Origin: Actinomycetota bacterium
GTDB taxonomy: Bacteria; Actinomycetota; Coriobacteriia; Anaerosomatales; D1FN1-002
Length of the DNA: 63,485 nucleotides
Direction: 5' to 3'
Assembly (NCBI GenBank): GCA_037445995.1
Contig: JBBIJK010000007.1
Coordinates: 1 to 63,485 of the forward strand
Position numbers and translations under genes: made by a program. The notes beneath the pieces were generated by a model. It saw nothing but the letters and a program-made list of their open reading frames with translations, did not search any database and was not told the DNA's origin. Positions 20,847 to 30,549 of this stretch are shown here, piece by piece. Each line of letters opens with the position of its first letter. Within the stretch, counting starts at the first letter, position 1.

Positions 20847-22315
20847 TGCCAGGGGCCACCTTCGTGGGTGCGACGCTGCTCCTGGGCTGGGCGATGCTGT
20901 GGCCTCTCAGAGGGCGGCTCGGCGAGGCCGGGTTCCACCTCGCGGCCTATCCGGCGGGACTCCTGGGGTGGTCGCTGCTGGCCGCTTTGCACTCGGTACC
21001 GGCGATCCCGTACTCGCCAGTGTCCGTGGCCGTCTCGGCCCTGGTTGTCGTGGCTGGGTTCGCCGCGCTCGTTGCGCGCGTAGCGTCCGGCGACCCCGCG
21101 GGCGCGACCGTGCGACCGGCGTCGTTCGCCCTGGCGGGGACTGTGGCTCTCGCCGTGGCCGTCGCTTCCGAGGCGTGGGGGCTGTCCTTCGCCACGCCGG
21201 ACTCCTGGGCCAACTACGGCGCCATGGGCTATCGCATCCGGGACACGGGCCTGGTGTTCTCGCGCCTGATGGAGGAGCGCAGCTGGCTCGTGCCGGCCAT
21301 GCACGCCGCACACATCTTCTTTGGCGGTGAGTGGCTGACTGCGGCATACCCGACAGCCGCGGTCTGGGTAGCCGGGATCACCGGCTGGGGCGTCCTTCGC
21401 TCCGCTCCGGCGGGTGTCTCACGCGCGGCACGCGCGACCGTGGCGGCCGTGACCGTGGCGCTGATGGTGTCAGCGCCGATGTTCGCGTGGCAGGCGTTCT
21501 ACGTCCACAGCCACATGGTCACGGCGCTCTTCCTGACGCTGGCGATCCTGGCGCTCGTCATGTCGCGCGCCGGAGCCTCCGCCAGCTGGCTCGCGGTGGC
21601 CGGGGTCGGCGCCGCGGGCGTGGCACTCGCTCGGCCCGACGGTCTGGCCTACGCCGCGGTCCCGCTGGCGCTTGCGATGGCAGTTGCTCTCGAGGGCGAC
21701 GTCCGGCGCCGTGCGGCGGCGTTCCTCGCATCCTTCTGGGCGCCGCTGGCGCTGGCGTACGGAGTGGCCTACGCGCGGCTCGGTGTCTGGGAGACCGCGA
21801 AGCTCAACGGCAGGCTCGCCGCGGCCAGCCTGGCCGCTCTCGCGCTTCTCGCGGCGGTCCTGCTGGTGGCGCCGCGCGTGCTTCCCGCCTTCCGCGCCTG
21901 GCTGTCGGGCGAACCGCTGATGCGGCTCGGGGTGGCGGCCTCGGCCGTGGCCGTCGCGAGCCTGGCCGCGCTTCGGCCCGAGCACTTCGTCAAGGCCGCG
22001 ACGCCGATGATGACCAACCTTGTGGCCCTCGGCTCGCACGGCCCTCTGTGGACCGCCCTGGCCGCGACACTCGCCCTCGCGGCGCTCTTCCCGAGCCTCA
22101 GGCGCAGGGCGCCGGGCCTGGCGGTGGTGGCGTCGGCGATACTGGTGTCGCTCGCGGTCGCCATGGTCGTCCACGCCGCCGAACACCCGGGCAGATTGGG
22201 CGCGACGGACAGCTTCAACCGGATAGCGTTCCACTTCGCCCCGCTGGCATGGTGGTTCGTGGGAGCCTTGGCGATGTCGGCCGTGGCGGGACTCCGGCCC
22301 AAGGAGGGCGCATGA
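20843..22315 (+). CDS. Polytopic membrane protein, probable GT-C-type glycosyltransferase
   Basis: More than 10 hydrophobic segments; TPDS loop motif and LARPDG motif; cluster context. Confidence 0.65.
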   Translation: MMPGATFVGATLLLGWAMLWPLRGRLGEAGFHLAAYPAGLLGWSLLAALHSVPAIPYSPVSVAVSALVVVAGFAALVARVASGDPAGATVRPASFALAGTVALAVAVASEAWGLSFATPDSWANYGAMGYRIRDTGLVFSRLMEERSWLVPAMHAAHIFFGGEWLTAAYPTAAVWVAGITGWGVLRSAPAGVSRAARATVAAVTVALMVSAPMFAWQAFYVHSHMVTALFLTLAILALVMSRAGASASWLAVAGVGAAGVALARPDGLAYAAVPLALAMAVALEGDVRRRAAAFLASFWAPLALAYGVAYARLGVWETAKLNGRLAAASLAALALLAAVLLVAPRVLPAFRAWLSGEPLMRLGVAASAVAVASLAALRPEHFVKAATPMMTNLVALGSHGPLWTALAATLALAALFPSLRRRAPGLAVVASAILVSLAVAMVVHAAEHPGRLGATDSFNRIAFHFAPLAWWFVGALAMSAVAGLRPKEGA

Positions 22316-23280
22316 GGAGACTGATCATCCAGATACCCTGCCTCAACGAGGCCGAGACGCTCGCGATCACCCTCGCGGACCTGCCCCGTCAGATGGAGGG
22401 CTTTGATTCGGTCGAGTGGCTCGTCGTCGACGACGGGTCGACCGACGGCACCGTCGCGGTGGCCATGGAGAGCGGCGTCGACCACGTGGTGCGGCACGCG
22501 CGCAACCGCGGCCTGGCCGCCGCGTTCATGACCGGCCTTGACGCCTGTCTCCGGCTCGGAGCCGACGTGATCGTGAACACGGACGCGGACAACCAGTACG
22601 ACGCCGAGTGCATCCCCGCGCTCGTCACGCCGATCCTCGAGGGCAGGGCGGAGATAGTGGTCGGCGCCAGGCCCATCTCCCAGATCGAGCACTTCTCGCC
22701 CGTAAAGAAGTCCCTGCAGAAGCTGGGCAGCTGGGCGGTACGGGTCGCGAGCGGGACCGACATACCCGACGCGCCCAGCGGGTTCCGGGCGATGAGCAGG
22801 AACGCCGCCATGCGGCTCAACGTCTTCAGCGACTACACCTACACCGTGGAGACGATCATCCAGGCCGGCCAGAAGGGCATGGCCATCACCTCGGTGCCCG
22901 TCGCCGTGAACGGCGACCTGAGGCCCTCGCGGCTGGTGAAGAGCATCCCCGCGTATGTGCGCCGCTCGCTCGGGACCATCGTGCGGATATTCATGACGTA
23001 CAAGCCGATGCGGTTCTTCATGGTCCCCGCGCTCCTGTCGGGCGCCGGAGGCGTGCTCATCGGCGCCCGCTTCCTTTGCTACTTCGCGACCGGACAGGGC
23101 TCCGGCCACGTCCAGTCGCTGATCCTCGGCGCGGTCCTGACCATGCTTGCCTTCCTGTTGGCGATGGTCGGCTTCCTCGCGGAGCTTCAGGGCGTGAACC
23201 GCAAGCTCCTCGAGGACATCCAGTGGCGCATCCGCAAGCTTGACGTGGACGGCGCGGCCGGGGACGGACCGGGCGAGTGA
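22312..23280 (+). CDS. GT2 glycosyltransferase (polyprenol-phosphate glycosyltransferase-like)
   Basis: IPCLNE, VVDDGSTD, NRGL, TDADNQY, DAPSGFRA; two C-terminal TM. Confidence 0.92.
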   Translation: MRRLIIQIPCLNEAETLAITLADLPRQMEGFDSVEWLVVDDGSTDGTVAVAMESGVDHVVRHARNRGLAAAFMTGLDACLRLGADVIVNTDADNQYDAECIPALVTPILEGRAEIVVGARPISQIEHFSPVKKSLQKLGSWAVRVASGTDIPDAPSGFRAMSRNAAMRLNVFSDYTYTVETIIQAGQKGMAITSVPVAVNGDLRPSRLVKSIPAYVRRSLGTIVRIFMTYKPMRFFMVPALLSGAGGVLIGARFLCYFATGQGSGHVQSLILGAVLTMLAFLLAMVGFLAELQGVNRKLLEDIQWRIRKLDVDGAAGDGPGE

Positions 23281-24263
23281 CCCCCCAAGGGTCTCCCTGG
23301 TGGCGGAGCACCGCCTTCCAGTGGCTTCTGGTCACGGCCACCATCGCCGCGATCGGATGGGCCCTGTGGTCCAGACGGGACGACCTGGCGACACTCGGAT
23401 CGATCAGCGCGCGCACGATCCTCCTGGCCTCGCTCGCGACGATAGCCGCCTACTACCTCGCCGGATGGACCATCAGGCTGCAGGCGGCCAGGTTCGGTGC
23501 CCGGATGACCGTGCTCGACGCCGTGCTCGTCGGGCTTGCGACATCCACCCTCAACTACCTGCCCATGAAGGGCGGGACGATCCTCCAGGGCGCCGTGATG
23601 AAGGTCCGCTACGGGGTCCGTCTCTCGGAGTTCGCCGCGCTGATAACGGGCAACCACCTGATGAGCCTCTGGGCGATCGCCACGGTGGGTGGCGGGTTCA
23701 TGGCCGGGATGGGCATCGGCGGCGCGCTCGGATGGGTGTTCCTCGCGTCGCCGACGATGACGCTGGCCGTCCTGTTCTTCGTGGGCAGGACGCGTGTGGG
23801 CCGTCCGGCTGATCGCGGCGAGGGGGCCTCCTCCCGCTGGGGCAGGTCCCTCGAGATCGCCGCTGAGGGGATGTGGAGCCTGTTTCGTGACCTCCCGCTC
23901 CTGGTATGGCTGTCGGCGCTGAACGTCGCGATACTGGTCCTCCAGGCGGTCAGGCTCTGGCTGATCACGGCCGACCTCGGCATCCCGCTCGGAGCCGGCG
24001 GCGCCATCGTCGTGGCGTCCATCGCGTTCCTCACCCAACGCTTCTCGTTCGTCCCGGGCGGACTGGGGTTCAGGGAGGGCGGCATGGCCGCCGGTGCCGC
24101 GGCCGTGGGGATGCCCGCGTCGCTCGGCCTCGCTGTGGCGGTCGTGGACAGGGCCGTCGACATCGCCTGGGTGCTGGTGCTGGGACTCCCTGCCAGCCTC
24201 TATCTGTCCCGGCTTCCATCCGTGGCCCAAGAGGAGCGCAGACCGGAGGGAGGACCGCTGTGA
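23277..24263 (+). CDS. Lysylphosphatidylglycerol-synthase TM-domain (flippase-like) protein
   Basis: NYLP.KGG, VPGGLGFREG, VDR motifs; multi-TM. Confidence 0.82.
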   Translation: MTPQGSPWWRSTAFQWLLVTATIAAIGWALWSRRDDLATLGSISARTILLASLATIAAYYLAGWTIRLQAARFGARMTVLDAVLVGLATSTLNYLPMKGGTILQGAVMKVRYGVRLSEFAALITGNHLMSLWAIATVGGGFMAGMGIGGALGWVFLASPTMTLAVLFFVGRTRVGRPADRGEGASSRWGRSLEIAAEGMWSLFRDLPLLVWLSALNVAILVLQAVRLWLITADLGIPLGAGGAIVVASIAFLTQRFSFVPGGLGFREGGMAAGAAAVGMPASLGLAVAVVDRAVDIAWVLVLGLPASLYLSRLPSVAQEERRPEGGPL

Positions 24264-25210
24264 GCGGGCCGGTCACGCTGGCCGGAGGCGCGGGCTCGAT
24301 CGGCATCCGCGCCTACACCGAGGACCTGGCCAGGGCGCTCGAGGAGATCGGTGTGCCAGCCAAGGTCGCCGAGGGTCCGGGTCCGGACGGCGGTCCCGTG
24401 CACTTCCACTACGCGAACAGTACCAGGCACCTGGTCGGCCCCATGCTGTCCGCTCCCAGACCCAGCATCGTGACCGTTCACGACGTCATCGCGAGAAGCA
24501 AGCTTGTGCGCCCCTTCGTCAACCTGGTCTCACGGGCAGCGCTGCGAGGCCATCGGGTGGTGGTCCACTCGCGGCACGCCGAGGCGCTGCTGCGGCGGCA
24601 CGGCTTCGCCGGCGTCGTCGACGTGATCCCGCTCGGCGTCTGGCCGCGGCGCTTCCCGGCGACCGAGACGGCGCCGATCCGCGAGGCGGCCTCCCCCGAC
24701 GGGCGCCCGATCCTTGCCGTCGCGGGCCTCTTGCGACGGCAGCGCGGCGCCGTGGCGGTCCTCAGGGAGGCTGGCGGGTTCCCGGGCTTCGCGTTCATGT
24801 TCGTCGGGCGGCCGGTCGGCGCCGGCGTCGCAAGGATGCTGGCCGAGGCGCCGCGCAACGTCACGCACGTCCCCGAGGTCACGGACACGGAATTCGCGCG
24901 CCACCTGGCAGCCGCGGACCTGCTCCTGAACCTGCGCGAGAGCACGGTGGGCGAGTCGAGCGGGCCCCTCGCCCAGGCTCACGCTGTCGGGACGCCGGCC
25001 GCCTGCTACGACCTCGGTTCCGCGAGGGAGTACTGCGGCGAGCGAGACCACCTCTTCCCCGCCGGGACGCCGGTCGGCGAGGTTCTTCGCAGCCTCGCCG
25101 CGCAGGAGCGCTTCGGACGGGTCCCCGAGTCCAGCCCGACCGTCACGCCGTGGCTGTCGGCGGCCCACCGCCACGCCGAGATCTACCGCGAGCTGGGCTG
25201 GCTCGGGTAG
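24260..25210 (+). CDS. Glycosyltransferase, GT4-like
   Basis: GIRAYT.DL, TVHD, VVVHS, GESSGPLAQA..VG.P. Confidence 0.78.
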   Translation: MSGPVTLAGGAGSIGIRAYTEDLARALEEIGVPAKVAEGPGPDGGPVHFHYANSTRHLVGPMLSAPRPSIVTVHDVIARSKLVRPFVNLVSRAALRGHRVVVHSRHAEALLRRHGFAGVVDVIPLGVWPRRFPATETAPIREAASPDGRPILAVAGLLRRQRGAVAVLREAGGFPGFAFMFVGRPVGAGVARMLAEAPRNVTHVPEVTDTEFARHLAAADLLLNLRESTVGESSGPLAQAHAVGTPAACYDLGSAREYCGERDHLFPAGTPVGEVLRSLAAQERFGRVPESSPTVTPWLSAAHRHAEIYRELGWLG

Positions 25211-25237
25211 GCCGGCGCCCTCGCGGCCCCCGGCGGC

Positions 25238-26371
25238 TCAGCGCGCCGGCAAACCCGCGGTGTCGAGCACCGCGCGGGCGAGACTGTCCCAGGTCAGGCT
25301 CTTGGCGAAGCGCTCGACCGCGGGCCGCATCGGCTCGCCGCGGTCAGCCATGAACGACCGTACCGCCCCGGCGAGCGCCGCGGGGTCCTCGGGTGGCACG
25401 ACGCGCCCGGTCACCCCGTCCTCCACGACCTCGGGCAACCCGCCCACGCGCGTGACGATGACGGGACGCCCGTAGCCCTGCGCCAGCGCCACCGCCCCGC
25501 TGCCGGTCGCGGACCGGTAGGGGAAGACCGCGACGTCGGCCCGGTCGAACAGCTCGGCCACCTCGTCCTCGGGCAGGTAGCGCGTGAGGAACTCGATCCG
25601 CTCCGCGACGCCCAACTCCCCCGCGCGCTCGCGGAGCGGCGAGATGTCGTCCCACGCCTCGCCGGCGACGGTCAGCACGAGGTCCTCGCCGGCCAGGAGG
25701 CCCATCGCCTCGATCAGGACGTCCAGTCCCTTGTAGGGCCTTATGAATCCGAAGAAGAGCAGCTCGAGGTGCGCCCGCCTCGCCAGCGTGCCGCGCGGGC
25801 GCAGGAAGCCCGAGTAGGTCGGATGCTGGTGGAACCTTGGCTGTGATCCCGGCACGAGCCGCTGCAACTCCTCGGCCTCCTCCCGCAACTGGACGACCCA
25901 GCCCGAGCCGAGGCGGAGGACCCTGGCTGCGAGCCAGCGCTTCCACCAGGCGGCCTCGTGGTCGACGACGTTGTGGCAGAGGAACACCACCGGGACCCCG
26001 CGACGCGCGACGCGACGCGCGATGGAGCCGATGCAGGGCGCGAGGAAGAACGTCCACCATGGCATCACGAGCGCCGCCGCACCGCTGTCGACCACATGGT
26101 CCGCGGCCCGGCGCCAACTCGCAGGGCGGATGGAGTCGACGACGTACCTGGCGCCCTCGACGACCTGCCCCTCGAGGGCCGGGTCGCGGTCGCTGTCCCC
26201 AGGGAAGAGCAGCCGCGGGTACAGGCGCGAGAACGACAGCAGCTCGACCTCGCAATGCTCGCGGAGCGCAGCGACGAGCGCGGTGGTGTGCTGTGCGATG
26301 CCGCCGCGGAACGGGGTCACGGGCCCGAGCACGGCGACGCGGCCCGCGAGCGATCCATCCGGTCCGCTCAA
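25238..26371 (-). CDS. GT4 glycosyltransferase
   Basis: PFRGGIAQH, FFGFIRPYKG, PYRSATGSG, VGGLPEVV; TTG start behind GGAGG inferred. Confidence 0.92.
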   Translation of the reverse strand: MSGPDGSLAGRVAVLGPVTPFRGGIAQHTTALVAALREHCEVELLSFSRLYPRLLFPGDSDRDPALEGQVVEGARYVVDSIRPASWRRAADHVVDSGAAALVMPWWTFFLAPCIGSIARRVARRGVPVVFLCHNVVDHEAAWWKRWLAARVLRLGSGWVVQLREEAEELQRLVPGSQPRFHQHPTYSGFLRPRGTLARRAHLELLFFGFIRPYKGLDVLIEAMGLLAGEDLVLTVAGEAWDDISPLRERAGELGVAERIEFLTRYLPEDEVAELFDRADVAVFPYRSATGSGAVALAQGYGRPVIVTRVGGLPEVVEDGVTGRVVPPEDPAALAGAVRSFMADRGEPMRPAVERFAKSLTWDSLARAVLDTAGLPAR

Positions 26372-26445
26372 CGCCGACCACCTCCCGCCCAGACGCCATC
26401 GGTCGGCTCGCATGCTAACATGCCGCGTGCCGCTGAAAGGACCGC

Positions 26446-27228
26446 ATGGGACGCCTCGAGGACGCGCGGATACTAGTGGAACGCGCCGTGTTCGACGCGC
26501 TCCCGCCGAGGCTGCGCCTGCCGGCGCGCCGGGCGCGGCTCAGGCTTGCGGGAAAGCACGAACCACACCTCGACCTTCTGGCCCGGGCGATCACCCCCGG
26601 GCGCAGGGCGATCGACGTCGGGGCCAACCGCGGAGACTGGGCCTGGGTGCTGCACAGGCGGTGCACGCACGTTGAGTGCTTCGAGCCTCAGCCCTGGTGC
26701 GCGGACACCCTCGAGGCGGCGCGGCTGCCGGGCGTGAACGTGCACCGCGAGGGCCTTTCCGACGCAGACGGCGAGCTGGCCCTCCACGTACCGCTCCGCG
26801 GCGGGACGATGCTCACCACCTGCGCCTCGGTCGTCGAGCCTCCCGGGCCGCACAGGACCCTCCGGATCCCGGTGCGTCGTCTAGACGACCACCACTTCAC
26901 CGACGTCGAGCTGGTCAAGATCGACGTCGAAGGCCACGAGACCGCCGTGCTCGCCGGGGCCATCGAGACGCTCACCCGCGAACTCCCTGTCGTCACGGTC
27001 GAGGTGGACCGTTGGCTGCGGGAGGACGGCGACCCGTCGGCGGTGATCGCGCAGATGGCCGAGATCGGCTACGGGGCCTACTTCATGCTGAACGGCACGC
27101 TCCGCCCGGCGACGGAGTTCGATCTGGCGGCGCACCAGGAAGGGCCCGACCGCGGGCTTGTGCGGGACTTCATCTTCGTGCCCGAAGGCGACGGGCGGCT
27201 GGCCCGGCTGCATGCGATGGCCCGCTGA
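26446..27228 (+). CDS. FkbM-family SAM-dependent methyltransferase
   Basis: IDVGANRG, FEP, VKIDVEGHE..VL.GA. Confidence 0.9.
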   Translation: MGRLEDARILVERAVFDALPPRLRLPARRARLRLAGKHEPHLDLLARAITPGRRAIDVGANRGDWAWVLHRRCTHVECFEPQPWCADTLEAARLPGVNVHREGLSDADGELALHVPLRGGTMLTTCASVVEPPGPHRTLRIPVRRLDDHHFTDVELVKIDVEGHETAVLAGAIETLTRELPVVTVEVDRWLREDGDPSAVIAQMAEIGYGAYFMLNGTLRPATEFDLAAHQEGPDRGLVRDFIFVPEGDGRLARLHAMAR

Positions 27229-27303
27229 CACGCGGCCTGCACCTGGGGGCCGTGTCGCGTTAGAGTGTGCAGTGCGTCCGCACGACCGATGCGAGGAGGC
27301 AAG

Positions 27304-28578
27304 ATGACCGCTCCTGTGACCGTCTTCGGGGCCGGTTACGTCGGGCTGGTCACAGGCGTGTGCCTCGCATCGTCGGGGCATGAAGTGACCGTCCTGGACG
27401 TCGACCGCGACAAGGTCTCCGGCCTCGCCTCCGGGCACGTGCCAATACACGAGCCTGGCCTCGAGGACCTGCTGGCCAAAGGGCTCGAGCAGGGCAACCT
27501 GCGCTTCCGGGCCCTTGACGAACGGCAGGGGCTTGCGCCGTTCGTCTTCGTGGCCGTCGGGACGCCGCCCACGTCGGCGGGCGCGGCGGACCTGAGCTTC
27601 GTCCGCGACGTCGTCGACCTCGTCGCCGGCGAGGCGGGGCCCGGGACCCTGGTCGTGATGAAGAGCACGGTCCCCCCGGGAACCGGCGCGAGGTTCGCCG
27701 GGCAGCTCAGCGCCTGCGGCGCCCTGTACGCGTCGAACCCCGAGTTCCTGCGCGAGGGTTCCGCCGTCCGGGACTGGTTCGAAACCGACCGCATCGTCAT
27801 CGGCGGCGCAGACGAGGCCGTATCGCTTCTGGCGTCGCTGTACTCAGACATCGATGCCCCGGTGGTGGCGACCGACATCGGCAGCGCCGAGATGATCAAG
27901 TACGCGTCCAACGCGTTCCTGGCCACGAAGATCTCCTTCATCAACGAGATCGCCACCCTGTGCGACCTCACCGGAGCCGACGTCGACCAGGTGGCCCGCG
28001 GGGTCGGCATGGACGGACGCATCGGGGAGGCCTTCCTGCGGCCGGGCATCGGGTATGGCGGCTCGTGCTTCCCCAAGGACACGCGCGCGCTGGACTTCCT
28101 CGCGCACCTGCACGGCTACGACTTCCACCTGCTTCGGGCCGTGATCGACGTCAACGCGCGTCAGCGACTGCTGCCGGTTCGCGCCCTGCGCGCGAAGATC
28201 GACTGCCTGGAGGGGGTCCGGGTGACTGTGCTGGGCCTGACCTTCAAACCAGACACGGACGACGTCCGCGAAGCGCCGGCCGCCGACATCTGCGAGATGC
28301 TCGTGGCCGAGGGAGCGCTGGTGACCGCGTACGACCCCATGGCCGGCACCACACCCGCGGGCGTCACCCGCGCCGCGTCGCTGGCCGAAGCGGTGGAGAG
28401 CGCCCAAGCTGTGGTCCTGGCCACAGAGTGGGCGGAGTTCACCGAAGCCGACTGGGCCGCGCTGGCCGCCACGATGAGCGGGCCTCGGCTTGTCTTCGAC
28501 GGCCGCAACGCCCTGGACCCCGCTTCCGTGCGCGCAGGCGGCGGCGACTACCTGGGTGTCGGGCGCCCGACCGCGTGA
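27304..28578 (+). CDS. ugd: UDP-glucose 6-dehydrogenase
   Basis: GAGYVG, KSTVPPG, SNPEFLREG, KYASNAFLATKISF, GYGGSCFPKD. Confidence 0.93.
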   Translation: MTAPVTVFGAGYVGLVTGVCLASSGHEVTVLDVDRDKVSGLASGHVPIHEPGLEDLLAKGLEQGNLRFRALDERQGLAPFVFVAVGTPPTSAGAADLSFVRDVVDLVAGEAGPGTLVVMKSTVPPGTGARFAGQLSACGALYASNPEFLREGSAVRDWFETDRIVIGGADEAVSLLASLYSDIDAPVVATDIGSAEMIKYASNAFLATKISFINEIATLCDLTGADVDQVARGVGMDGRIGEAFLRPGIGYGGSCFPKDTRALDFLAHLHGYDFHLLRAVIDVNARQRLLPVRALRAKIDCLEGVRVTVLGLTFKPDTDDVREAPAADICEMLVAEGALVTAYDPMAGTTPAGVTRAASLAEAVESAQAVVLATEWAEFTEADWAALAATMSGPRLVFDGRNALDPASVRAGGGDYLGVGRPTA

Positions 28579-28609
28579 CGGCACAGACCATCGAAGGGAA
28601 GTGCGCCTG

Positions 28610-29716
28610 GTGAGCGAGCCGTATCTGATCGACGAGGAACTGCGGCCCGTTTGGGACAAGGTGGTAGCGGGTGAGCGGCTCTCGCGCGAGGACGGCATGA
28701 GGCTGTTCGCCAGCAACGACCTGACCGGAATCGGCCAGATGGCCGACCAGGTGCGCAGGCGCCTCAACGGCGACCGCGTGCACTTCATGGTCAACCGCCA
28801 CATCAACCCCACCAACATCTGCGAGAACCGATGCAAGTTCTGCGCGTTCTCGCGCTCGGCCGGCCAGGACGGCGCCTACGAGATGACCATCGCCGAAGTC
28901 GTCAGGGCAGCCAAGGAGGCCGTCCCGGACGGCGCGCACGAGATCCATCTGGTGGGAGGGTTGCACCCTGACTGGCCCTTCGAGTTCTACGTCGACATGG
29001 TGCGCGAACTGCGCACAGCGCTGCCCTCTCACGTGATCATCCAGGCGTTCACGGCCGTCGAGATCGAGTGGTACGCCCAGATCAGCGGCCTTGACACCCT
29101 GGAGGTCCTCCGCCGCCTCAAGGAGGCGGGCCTGGACGCCATGCCCGGCGGCGGCGCCGAGATCTTCTCGGAGCGCGCACGATCGCTGGCATGGGAGAAG
29201 AAGACCTCCCCCGACGACTGGCTCCGTATCCACGGCGAGGCTCACTCGCTGGGCATCAGGACGAACTGCACGATGCTCTACGGTCACATCGAGACCCTAG
29301 AGGAGCGCGTCGACCACCTCATCCGGCTGCGAGAGCAGCAGGACGCCTCAGGAGGGTTCCTCGCGTTCATCCCGCTGGCGTTCCACCCCGCGAACACCGA
29401 ACTGTCCGACCTGCCGGGGACCACCGGCTTTGACGATCTGAAGACCCTCGCGGTCGCGCGGCTCATGCTCGACAACATCCCCCACATCAAGGCGTTCTGG
29501 ATCATGGTGGGCCTGAAGGTGGCGCAACTCTCGACCGTCTTCGGGGTCGACGACATCGACGGCACGGTGGTCGAGGAGAAGATCACCCACATGGCCGGCG
29601 CGACGACACCCGAGGCCCTGTCCAAGGACCAGCTCGTCGCGATGATCCGCGAGACGGGGCACACCCCTGTCGAACGTGACACCCTCTACAATGTCGTGCG
29701 GGTCTACGAGCGCTGA
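28610..29716 (+). CDS. mqnE: Aminofutalosine synthase (radical SAM)
   Basis: TNICENRCKFCAF, MPGGGAEIF, MLYGHIET, HIKAFW, GTVVEEKITHMAGA. Confidence 0.92.
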   Translation: MSEPYLIDEELRPVWDKVVAGERLSREDGMRLFASNDLTGIGQMADQVRRRLNGDRVHFMVNRHINPTNICENRCKFCAFSRSAGQDGAYEMTIAEVVRAAKEAVPDGAHEIHLVGGLHPDWPFEFYVDMVRELRTALPSHVIIQAFTAVEIEWYAQISGLDTLEVLRRLKEAGLDAMPGGGAEIFSERARSLAWEKKTSPDDWLRIHGEAHSLGIRTNCTMLYGHIETLEERVDHLIRLREQQDASGGFLAFIPLAFHPANTELSDLPGTTGFDDLKTLAVARLMLDNIPHIKAFWIMVGLKVAQLSTVFGVDDIDGTVVEEKITHMAGATTPEALSKDQLVAMIRETGHTPVERDTLYNVVRVYER

Positions 29717-29718
29717 CG

Positions 29719-30549
29719 GTGCGACCCAGGCTCGGACACATCCAGTTCATCAACTGCCTGCCCCTCTACCACGGGCTGGTGAGGAACGACGCCCTGCTCG
29801 GCGTCGAACTGGTCAAGGCCAATCCGAGGGATCTTGCCATGATGCTCCTCGAGGGCGACCTGGACGTCGCCCCCATCCCCTCGATCGAGTATGCGAGGCA
29901 CGCCGGGGGGCTCGTGCTCCTGCCTGACATCGCGATCTCCTCGGACGGCGTGGTCCAGTCCATACTGCTGATCTCGAAGGTCCCGGCTGCGGAGCTTGAC
30001 GGGCGCAGGGTGGCCCTGACCGACACGTCGAGGACGTCGCAGGTGCTGGCCAAGGTCCTGCTGTCGAAGCGCTGGCACGCCGCCCCCGAGTACGTCGAGA
30101 TGCCCCCCGACCTCCCGGCCATGCTAAGGGACGCCGATGCGGCGCTCCTCATCGGCGACGAAGCGCTCCGCTTCTACTGGGAGCCCCAAGCCGGGCTGCA
30201 CGCCTACGACCTCGGAGCGGAGTGGACCGGCTGGACCGGCCTGCCGATGGTCTACGCCGTGTGGGCCGTCCGCCGCCCCTTCGCCCAGGAGCGCCCCGGC
30301 TCGGTCGCCGCCGTCGCCGACGCGCTGAACGCCTCGCTGGAGTACTGCAGGGCCAACCTGGCCGAGATCTCGGAGCATGCCGCGCGATGGGAGGGGTTCG
30401 GCGCCGACCGCTTCCACTCCTACTTCGAGGCGCTGAGCTTCCGGTTCGGCCCGGCCTACCGCGACGGTTTGAGCCGCTACCTGTCCGAAGCCCGCGCGAT
30501 GGGCGAGCTGGACGAGGTGCCGTCGCTGGAAGTGTTCGGCGGGTCGTGA
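29719..30549 (+). CDS. mqnA: Chorismate dehydratase
   Basis: GHIQFINCLPL, SRTS, LLIGDEAL, DLG.EW..WTGLPMVYAVW. Confidence 0.92.
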   Translation: MRPRLGHIQFINCLPLYHGLVRNDALLGVELVKANPRDLAMMLLEGDLDVAPIPSIEYARHAGGLVLLPDIAISSDGVVQSILLISKVPAAELDGRRVALTDTSRTSQVLAKVLLSKRWHAAPEYVEMPPDLPAMLRDADAALLIGDEALRFYWEPQAGLHAYDLGAEWTGWTGLPMVYAVWAVRRPFAQERPGSVAAVADALNASLEYCRANLAEISEHAARWEGFGADRFHSYFEALSFRFGPAYRDGLSRYLSEARAMGELDEVPSLEVFGGS

